From Balanoglossus misakiensis (lineage: Eukaryota; Animalia; Hemichordata), in assembly GCA_040954595.2 (NCBI GenBank), contig CM082590.2, positions 1,550,001 through 1,614,000 on the forward strand: DNA of 64,000 bases, written 5' to 3'. Shown in pieces: positions 1 through 9,700 of the stretch (the stretch's first letter is position 1; every line of letters starts with the position of its first letter). Position numbers and translations under genes: made by a program. The notes under the pieces were generated by a model that saw nothing but the letters and a program-made list of their open reading frames with translations, made no database searches and was not told the DNA's origin.

Positions 1-334
1 AGCCCCAATGCTCTGTTTCATAAAACTGGGCCGCATTGTTCTATCGAATATTTAAAGCCTTATAACTCCGCTCTAGAATATGCCTATTGTTATAGGAGTG
101 GGTCCGGGTTTTATGTTATGTTATGCGAAACTCCCTGCTTTATGGATGCACAACTTTTCCTATTTCCCACCCAATCCTTTAATACCCATACACACCCACT
201 CCTACACCCATAATATATATGAAAACACGTGTCAATTCTAAGATATGAACTTTATTCTTGCTACGATTACGTACAGAAATCAAGCCCCATACATCTGTAA
301 ATTAGGTTATTGTGCCATTAAGGAGCGGACTGGT

Positions 335-1593
335 TTAGAATGCCATAGTGAAGTCTGTTAGATCATTCGCCTGTTCGTAGTTTCGCGTCAGGATCTCTCC
401 TGCATCAGTCACCTCTTTTAACTTCTGGGCTGGTCCTTGGGCCGCTGACACAGAAGATAGTTTGGTGTAATGATTGGCTGTATCTTCTGAACGCCAACCT
501 ATGTGACGCATAAGCTCACTCAACTCCACCCCCGCCAAGGATAATGTGATCGCGCATGCGCTTCTGAGACTGTGTGGTGTTTCCCCTCTATCCATGTTTA
601 GCTCCTGTAGGTACACTTTGAGGCGACTGTACGCTGTTTGGGATGATAGAGGGCGTTGCTCGACTTCACCGCTCGGGGTTGTTGGCCGAAATAGATGACC
701 TCTGCGCAAGTTTACCCCAATCCTTTCCGCCAATGTGATGTATTGTTCTACAGCGTGTACTGGGCAAATATCCACATCTTTACATCGTTTAAGGGCAAAC
801 ATATTTGAAGATGCGCCCCTCAAGGTTTTTCCATAGGTGTGATTGAAAATGAAGCCGGAGTTGTCTGGAAAACGTAGAATTTCTTGTGTTTTTACATGCC
901 CCAGATCACCCGCCCTGTCGCCGGAAAATGCAAGTACTTTAAAGAACGCTAAATCCCTGGCCAGTATGTAAATTTGGGTGAGCGATCTTGCTACGTCTAG
1001 CTTACTTAATACGTGGTTGAATATACGTTTCATTTTTTCTAGAAACAGTGGTTTAGCTTGTCTAGGGGTAATATGTGCTCTGGCTTGTTCTTCCGATATT
1101 TTTTTACGTACCTAAATACCATCGTGGATTTTGCCGGGTTTGCATTATTCGACACTGAGTTGAAACAGACGCCGAGTTTTGAAACCATGTTTTTTATTGT
1201 ACTTGATTTCAGTCGTCTGGGGCAATGACACGGCATTGTACCTGTCCTTCCATAAAAGTCACAAGTATCAACGTGTATTTGCGTTTTAGCGTCTTTATCC
1301 TTGTATATTAGGAATCTGACGACATCCTCAGGTTTTGCCGTTATGAAATTGGTAGTTGGTGATGTAGCGGCTAGAAACTGCTCGAACTGCTGTATGAGTC
1401 TGTCTTTCTGTATTTCGTATAGTGATCTTTGACCGAGAACCTCATGCATGCGTCGGTTTATAGCCTGGATATCCGGCGGACTACCCTTCTTGTGACCCGT
1501 GTGTGGGGTTGTGAGAGAGACTAGGGTAGTAGAACATACATCACATTCAGTATTGGTGGTCTTGCTTGTAGTGCCACATATATAGCATATCAT
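335..1593 (-). CDS. Tyrosine recombinase of the DIRS element; one frameshift in an A7 run at ~1100
   Basis: ORF 335-1033 has the YR catalytic residues R(AGDL)...K(T)...H-S-L-R...H(IGW)...Y. ORF 1039-1692 supplies the N-terminal Cys-rich part and rejoins by a 1-nt shift (...YVKK/ISEEQARAHITPRQAKPLFLEKMKR). The ATG at 1593 directly follows a polypyrimidine-CAG acceptor. Confidence 0.9.
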
Positions 1594-1708
1594 CTGATGG
1601 GAGACAAAGGAAATACTATTGTAGTTTAGATGCGATATTGAGCCTAATATTGTCACATATGGATGCCATTGTGTCGAAATGTATTTGTACATTATAATTA
1701 CTGGGAAT

Positions 1709-3884
1709 TTAAGTGCTGGGTTTGAAAATCACTGCATATAAATCGCAGCGAAGTGGAAATTCATTGTAACCATTTCGCGATGGCGCTTGAATGACCCCTT
1801 CTTCTCCCTTTTTACCAATTAGCTTCGTGTGTGTTGCTTTTTGACGTATCAGTGGCCAGAACGGCTCCAAGAAGCGCCCTCTTGGGACTATGACTGTGGC
1901 TGTATACCGTTTATCTACGATGTGTCGGAGGACCGCATGCACCAATGGAAATGGCGGGTAGACATATGAGGTTTCCTGCCTAGAAAATGTGTGCTGGAAA
2001 AAGTTTACACCTTCACTTCTGGTTTGCTGAAATGGGGAGACGAACCGTGTTAGTTTTGCATTTGAGCTGTTTGCCATTGCATCAACGTGGTGTGGGCCAA
2101 ATTTCTCTTCCAGTAATTGCCACGCACGTGGAGACAGACTTGAATTCTTTAGTGAGATATCGCGAGATGCTCCATCAGCTTCGTTTTCTGCGGACCTGAC
2201 ATGTATTAGCTTCAGTGTGACGTTGTTGTCCATGCAAAAACGAAATATTTTCCTGATAATTTCGTTGAGGGCGTTCGATTTGGTGCCTGGGACTCCATTT
2301 GACCATACTTGGACCAGTGTCATAGAATCCACGTGTACATCGAGCCGCGTGTTCTTAACAGATCCCTGGAATGCGATCAGTGCTCGAGACAGCGCTTCCG
2401 CCTCCTTCAGGACGATTGGGTTTTGTCTCCATACTGTCTCCCACATATCACTGACAGCGGTATCCGTGGCTTCTGTGTCCGATCTATGTAATACAGCACC
2501 CCATTTGTAAGAACTGGCGTCTGTAGACATGGTTACCCGGACATGGTTTTCAGTTGGCCAATGGAATGTCCTTGGGGTTGTGACCACTTGTACCCACTCT
2601 TGCAATTCTTCTCTGAGTGGGCCTTTGATTGGCACCATGTACTTTGCCTGTTTATTTGCGGCAGCAATTGAGCGTGCCATCTGACGGATATATAGACGAG
2701 CACACGGGATAGCAAGGGAGAACGAGACACACTTTCCCATGATCCTTTGTAGGGATGATAATGGAGCGATACGACCGTCCAATACTTGGTTAACTAGCGT
2801 TATAAAAGTATGCCTCGTCGGGTATTGAGAATGCGTTGGCTACTGTGTCGACGGTCATACCCAGCATAATTAGAGACTGTGTTGGCCTGAGGACGCTCTT
2901 ATCTAAAGATATAAAATATCCCGCATCTATACATAACTTGATTAATATATAGGCCGCAGCTTCAGTGAGTTGGTACCTGGTCCATTCGTTGTCGGTAGTT
3001 GCTTGTGGTAAGTATAGTGCGCCCACATGTCTGTCGTCGATGTACTGTATACATGGTACGCCAAGAGACCTCGCATAGCTGGTAATACAGTATCCCACGT
3101 TCTGGTATATGAAGGCGGATAATTTCCATCCAAACGGTAGAGTGTTGTTCACATACCAGGATCCCGCCCACTGGAAACCAACGTAACGCCTTTCGTCCTC
3201 TGCCAGTAGGATGTGATCGTATCCGCTCTTGTCATCGCATTTTATTTGATAATCACACGATTGCAGGTATTTTGAAACTTCTATCAGCTTATCCAATTTA
3301 AAAGGCATGTCCTTCATCCAAAGGTTGAGAAATCTCATATCGATACATAGACGAGGCTTTTGGGGTTCAATTGTGATGGGCATAACTATATGAGGGGGAG
3401 GGGCACACCCTACTCTGCCCCACACCGAAATGGCTCCAGACTTGATTCTATCTTGCAGGGTATTAGCAATAAATTCTCCAAATTTACTACAATTCGGGTT
3501 GTTGTAAAATAACTTGTGAGGGGGTGTATCGTGATCGTATTCGACTCCTTTAAATTGTCCCGAAAAGTGACGAGTGTAATCCGAGATTTTGACTTTCTCC
3601 CGCAACCATGACATAACTAAGTCTTTGTTGTCTAGCCCATTTGTGATGCGATCCCATTCTTGAAGATGTTGATGGACTTCACCAGCCTTAAATTCAGCTG
3701 GATTTCTATAATTTAACTCTTGGGGGCGGGACAGGGTTCTTCCAAAGGCGACCTCTTCGACAGCTGGATTCCCTCCCATCACTTCCTGTCTGGGGGCGCC
3801 CTCCCATGATACCCATGAATACGAGACACGTCCACCACTTGCTTGATGAACGGGGTAGTTCATTTCCCACTGTGGGGTCAAAAA
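1709..3884 (-). CDS. DIRS pol: reverse transcriptase + RNase H + DNA N6-adenine methyltransferase-like domain; frameshift at ~2810
   Basis: RT motifs KPRLCIDMRFLN, DDKSGYDHI, LPFGW, YIDD. RNase H motifs TDASSYKWGAV, LKEAEA, VDS, NEADGASR. DIRS MT motifs VDAMANSSNAKLTRFVS and YVYPPFPLV. The two ORFs join through the alternate frame RHTFITLVNQVLDG. Confidence 0.92.
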
Positions 3885-4145
3885 CTGAAACAAAAGGAAA
3901 ACAGCAAAGCTTAGGACACTTTTTTTTTTTTTTTTTTTTTTTTCGAGGGCGACCCCCCAGACAGGACCCTGCGAAGGCAGGTTGCTTTTAAAGGCATAGG
4001 GCTGTTATTGTTAGCCCCCCTGTCCGAAGGGAAAAGGAAAATAAACTACACAAACACTGAGATTACAGAGTCATATTACTTATTTATTTTTTTTGAATAT
4101 TTCAATGCATCATCGGAAAAGTTATACGATTATCAGTACAATACA

Positions 4146-4676
4146 TTATTTTTTGTCGGGGCAGTCCCTCGCAATGTGCCCCAACTTCGCACATACAAAG
4201 CATTTAATTCCGGATTTGTCAGCCGAATTTCTTGGTTGCTCTCTTCTATAGTAGGGAGAATACGGTGTGCGGTTATATGATGCACGAAGTGGATAGGGCA
4301 TATATCGTCCCGATTCATATTGAGAGAACTGATTAGATGAGCCCGAGTGTTTCATAAACTTGTACACTTTTGAAGCTATTTCTTCCTCTTCTTTATTTCC
4401 CAATAATAGAATAATTAATCTCCCCGCATCTTCCCCGAAATCGGTAGATTCAAATTGGGAGAGCACCGCTCGAAAACGATGCAATTTTGGATGTGCGGTG
4501 GCTGTCGCTCTGTCGACCAGTGCCCTCAAAGCATTAAGTAGTTGGGTTCTGGATGCGACTGCTGGATTGTGGGCCATCTCCATTAGCTTTTGTAAAGCCT
4601 CTTCGACAGATGCTGTCCCAGCATTCTTTTCCAATAACAGTAGTTTCTGTTTCAGCTCCAATAGCTGTTCCTTCAC
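4146..4676 (-). CDS. gag-like protein with C-terminal CCHC zinc knuckle (probable exon 2)
   Basis: Contains CFVCAKLGHIARDC. The ORF begins at GTG immediately after a ...tgtttgtattgtag 3' splice site. Confidence 0.85.
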   Translation of the reverse strand: MKEQLLELKQKLLLLEKNAGTASVEEALQKLMEMAHNPAVASRTQLLNALRALVDRATATAHPKLHRFRAVLSQFESTDFGEDAGRLIILLLGNKEEEEIASKVYKFMKHSGSSNQFSQYESGRYMPYPLRASYNRTPYSPYYRREQPRNSADKSGIKCFVCAKLGHIARDCPDKK

Positions 4677-4842
4677 CTACAATACAAACACCGTTTTGTA
4701 ATGAGTACATCACAGTAACACTAACGCCCATGTACAAAGGTTAACATTATTTTGAATCAATTCTCCTTCCTTTCAGAGCCTCGTACCTTCATTTCATTAT
4801 GAGCCTCATTGCTTCATTATTGTTATTTTGTATACACATACA

Positions 4843-5012
4843 TCTATTTCAATAACCGAGCTCCACTGCTCTATTTCAATAACCGAGCTCCACTGCTCTA
4901 TTTCAATAACCGAGCTCCACTGCTCTATTTCAATAACCGAGCTTCACTGCTCTATTTCAATCATCGAGCTTCACTGCTCTATTTCAATCATCGAGCCCCA
5001 ATGCTCTGTTTC
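4843..5012. repeat. 27-bp minisatellite (~6 copies) inside the DIRS leader intron
   Basis: The unit CTCTATTTCAATAACCGAGCTCCACTG is repeated with small variants. It explains ORFs 4809-5165 and 4828-5016. Confidence 0.95.
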
Positions 5013-5285
5013 ATAAAACTGGGCCGCATTGTTCTATCGAAAATGTACAGGCACCTGGCAGTGGGGTCATGTCACGGTTTTCCACTCCATGCATATTCAA
5101 TGAGGATACAAACATTCACAATGGGGGCAGGTGGCATGCAGGAATTCAACAGGTGTACGCTGTAGTATAATGGGCGTCGAGAAAACCCGTTAACAAAGTA
5201 ATGGGGCATACCGAATGAAACGTACACGTCTAGACATCGGAATGAACAATAAATAAGGTGTACACGAGAAAGGATTTATATGTAC

Positions 5286-5525
5286 CTCATTATCTGCGGT
5301 CGTTTGAGCGTTCGCTTGACGACTCGGACCCGGAACTTGACTATCTGGTCGGCTCGTCGCCCTTTGCTGAGTTGGCTGAGATTGGGAGCCGGCATTACTA
5401 CTTTGGCTGGTAGAAGGCCTGTGTGCAGCTAGGAACGCTGCGACAGCTTGGGTAGCACTCGGCTGTGCCTCTTCTGTGGCCGGTGGTGGTGGTGGCGGGT
5501 TTTCCCGTACAGGTGGTTGAGCCAT
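5286..5525 (-). CDS. Pro/Gln/Ser-rich 80-aa leader exon of the DIRS element
   Basis: ATG at 5525 lies downstream of a TATA box. Exactly 240 nt later is a GAG|GTACAT donor in phase 0, in frame with gag. Confidence 0.6.
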
Positions 5526-5674
5526 CTTCTCTGCTATATGCTGCCTCCGTGGTTAAGGAATGGTACTGAGCCCATGTGCGGATATTCGCTAACTTTTATA
5601 CGGGTTCTCATGAATATTCATAATAAATTAGCATATGCGGATATATATCGCGTAGTGATGCGGCTTTAAATACA

Positions 5675-6721
5675 AATGAGGAGGCCAATATTGCTAATGA
5701 AATTAGCAATTTACTTTCGAAGCAAGTTATTGTGTATTCTCATCACTGTGCTGGTGAATTTCTGTCACCAATTTTTGTTGTACCAAAAAAGGATGGTAAT
5801 TTCAGAATGATTCTTAATCTTAAGTGTCTTAATGAATCAGTGCAGTATCCTCATTTCAAAATGGATACTTTTGAAAACAGCCATACGCCTCGTTGCACGT
5901 GGTTGCTACATGGCATCAGTAGATCTTAAAGATGCGTATTATTCTGTCCCTATTGCAGAAGACCACCAAAAATATCTCAAATTTGTGTGGAAAGGCAATT
6001 TGTTTCAGTATACCTGCCTACCCAATGGATTGGCATCTGCTCCACGTTTGTTTACTAAATTGCTTAAGCCAGTGTATACTACACTTCGCCAAATGGGTCA
6101 CACCATTATGGGTTATATTGATGATTCGTTCCTAGTGGGAAATACCTTCGATGAATGTCATCATAATGTATTGGATACTGTGGCCCTTGTGGAAGAACTT
6201 GGGTTTATGCATAATCCAGTTAAATCTGTTCTCATCCCCACTCAGAAACTCACCTTTTTAGGGTTTGAGATTGACTCTGTTCTAATGATTGTGACATTAA
6301 CGCAATATAAAGCTGACAAGCTAGTTTCAGCATGTGCGGATTTGTTGCGGAAAGACTTTGAGTCCATCCGCATTGTTGCCAGAGTTATTGGTGTGATTTC
6401 CAGTTTCCCTGGAGTAGAATTTGGACCTTTATTTTATAGGTCTCTTGACATAGCAAATATTTCATCATTAAAATTTCACAAAGGCAACTTTGATGCCAAC
6501 ATGGCTATCACAAAAGATATGAAGGTTGATTTAACCTGGTGGTTTCACAATCTACTCAATGAGAAACGTTGCATTTGTAGATGTAACCCTGAAATTTGTG
6601 TTTCTTGTGATGCCTCCAACCTCAGTTGGGGCTTTAGTTGTGATGGAAAAAGGGGAGGGGGCAGATGGACAGCCCAGGAGGCTAGTCACCACATCAACTA
6701 TTTAGAGTTACTGGCAATATA
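5675..6721 (+). pseudogene. Truncated RT/RNase H of a second, different DIRS element
   Basis: Motifs SPIFVVPKKDGNFRMILNLK, VDLKDAYYSVPI, LPNGLASAPRLFTK, YIDD, CDASNLSWG, HINYLELLA. Frameshift at ~5870. Cut on the left by the first DIRS and on the right by the HINE array. Confidence 0.9.
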
Positions 6722-9700
6722 TTTACGGGCCCAAGCCAAGCCAGGCTTGGGCCCGTATTGGTTTCGTTGGAATTTTTACGGGCCCAAGCCAAGCCAGGCT
6801 TGGGCCCTATTGGTTTCGTTGGTATTTTTCAGTCTTTCTTTCTTTCTTTATTCTTATGTCAATTCTTTGTCGCTCTAGATCTCAGACACCACTGCAGGTA
6901 CAGTTCTCAAACTTGCTACAGTGGTCAAGGTCAATGAGTAGTCGTGCATTGAACCCATGAATTTTTAATTAGTCACATGACTTGGCGGCCATCTTGGATT
7001 TTCTGAAAAAATGCAAATCTCAGATCTCAGAAACTACAAGTCAGATCGACTTCAAATTTGGTGTGCAGGTAGTCTACCTTCTACCCATCATTTTTGTAAT
7101 TGGATATTTTGCTGTCAATGTTGCAGTTTTTTTGCTACAATTTTGTTTCTGAAATCTGGCTTAAATTTCAAAAATCTTCTTCTCCAGAACCGGTGATAAC
7201 TGAGTCACGCGGTTTGGGGTATGTGGTCACCTAACTGATGTCTATCAAGTTTGCGAAGATCATTGTGATTGGTCGAAGATTATGGCGGCCATATTGGATT
7301 TTCGAAAAACCATAGTAAAACTTCAAAAATCTTCTTCTCAAGAACGGGCAATAACCGAGTCACAAGATTTGGTGTGTGTGGTCATTAAACAGATGTCTAT
7401 CAAGTTTGCGAAGGGGAATGTGATTGGTCGAAGATTATGGCGGCCATATTGGATTTTGTAAAAAGCATTAAAAAATTGAAATTCCTTTTTCTAGTCTAAA
7501 AATTGATAGCATAGAAATTCTTTGTATGGATATCAATCGTCATGTGACTAAAATATGTTACAAATTTTTGGCGATTTTTCACATGACCTTTGACCTACTT
7601 TTCACATGTTATTATTTCTGCATATTTAATTCCAGGCTAACCTATAGGGCTAGATGTTTGGTTTTTGATGCATGTGGATAAGTGTCTGATCAAAATATTT
7701 TGCTACTTTCCATGACCCCTTTGACCTCTGCTTACCTCATTAATTATGTGCATAGCTAATTACAGGCGAACCAATAGAGGTAGAGGTTTGGTTTTTGTTG
7801 GACATGGACCTGTATGGGATCAAAATTTTTTGCCCAAATGTTGGGTGACCTCTGGTGACCTTTGACCTACTTTCGCATATCTCAACATCCAGAGCAGATA
7901 CAGCCTTGGCATTTGGCAGGATGGGACCTAAATGTAAAGCCAAATTTTTGGCTCACCTGTGACACCTGCTGACCTCATTAAATATGCACATACCTAATTA
8001 CACGCGAACCAATAGAGCTAGAGTTTTGGTTTTTGTTGGACATGGCCCAGCATGGGTCAAAATTTTTTGCCCAAATGTTGGATGACCTCAGGTGACCTTT
8101 GACCTACTTTACCCTATTTCAGCAGCAAAAATACATACGTCCTTGTTATGTCATGAGATAATACACCCGATAGAAAATTATGTTTCTTCTCATTCATACT
8201 GTGCATATATAATTCAAGATCAGCGCTTGGGCCCGACAATGCTGCTTGCAGCTTTAATTAGGGCCCAAGCGCATACCAGCGCTTGGGCCCTATTGGTTTC
8301 GTTGGGGTTTTTAGGGCCCAAGCGCATACCAGCGCTTGGGCCCTATTGGTTTCGTTGGGGTTTTTCTTTCTTTCTTTCTTTCTTTCTTTATTCTTCTGTC
8401 AATTCTTTGTCGCTCTAGATCTCAGACACCGCTGCAGGTACACTTCTGAAACTTGCTACAGTGGTCAAGGTCAATGAGTAGTCGTGCATTGAACCCTTGA
8501 ATTTTTAATTAGTCACGTGACCTGGCGGCCATATTGGATTTTCTGAAAAAATGCAAATCTCAGATCTCAGAAACTACAAGTCAGATCGACTTCAAATTTG
8601 GTGTGCAGGTAGTCTACCTTCTACCCATCATTTTTGTAATTGGATATTTTGCTGTAAATGTTGCAGTTTTTTTGCTACAATTTTTTTTCTGAAATCTGGC
8701 TTAATTTTCAAAAATCTTCTTCTCCAGAACCGGTGATAACTGAGTCACGCGGTTTGGGGTATGTGGTCACCTAACTGATGTCTATCAAGTTTGCGAAGAT
8801 CATTGTGATTGGTCGAAGATTATGGCGGCCATATTGGATTTTCTAAAAACCATTGTAAAATTTCAAAAATCTTCTTCTCAAGAACGGGCGATAACCGAGT
8901 CACAAGATTTGGTGTGTGTGGTCATTAAACAGATGTCTATCAAGTTTGCGAAGGGGAATGTGATTGGTCGAAGATTATGGCGGCCATATTGGATTTTGTG
9001 AAAAACGATTAAAAAGTAAAAATTCCTTTTCTAGCCTTAAAATTGATAGCACAGAAATTCTTTTTATGGATATGAATCATCATATGACAAGAATAAGCTA
9101 TAAATATTTTGGTAATTTTGGCAATGACCTTTGACCTACTTTTGACGCATCATTTTTCTGCATATCTAATTCCAGGCTAACCAATAGGGCTATAAGTTTG
9201 GTTTTTGATGTATGTGGATTTGTATGTGATAAAAAAATTTTGCTACTTTTCATGACCTCTGGTGACCTCATTAAATATGCGCATACCTAATTGATGATGA
9301 ACTAATAGACCTAGAGGTTTTGTTTTTGTTATACATGGACCAGTATGGGGACAAAATATTTTGCCCAAATGTTGGGTGACCTCGGGTGACCTTTGACCTA
9401 CTTTTGCATATATCGACATCCACAACAGATACAGCCTTGACGTTTGGAGGTATGGTTTTTGTTGGACATGGACCACTATGGGTCAAAATTTTCTGCCCAA
9501 ATTGTGGGTGACCTCTGGGTGACCTTTGACCTACTTAACACTATATCAACACCAAACATAGATATAACCTTGATATTTCATGGGATAAAACACAGCATTA
9601 TGGTTCTACTCATTAATGATGTGCATATCTAATAATCTGATCAGATAATAGAGCTTGGGCCCGGACAATGCTGCTTGCAGCTTTAATTCTGTCTTTCTTT

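Larger units (their letters stand above)
49..5672 (-). mobile_element. DIRS/PAT-like tyrosine-recombinase retrotransposon (gag, RT-RNaseH-MT, YR), near complete, with two frameshifts
   Basis: Minus-strand domain order is CCHC gag, RT, RNase H, N6-adenine methyltransferase-like domain, tyrosine recombinase. The ends carry an inverted motif: TATTTAAAGCC at 49-59 and GGCTTTAAATA at 5662-5672. TATAAAAG lies ~75 nt upstream of the ATG at 5525. Confidence 0.92.

Noticed and set aside
60-110. Twister-ribozyme-like start (TAACTCCGC...GGAG)
   Set aside because: The GUCCCAAGCC-type core and pseudoknot partners are absent. At most this is a simple hairpin in the terminal repeat.
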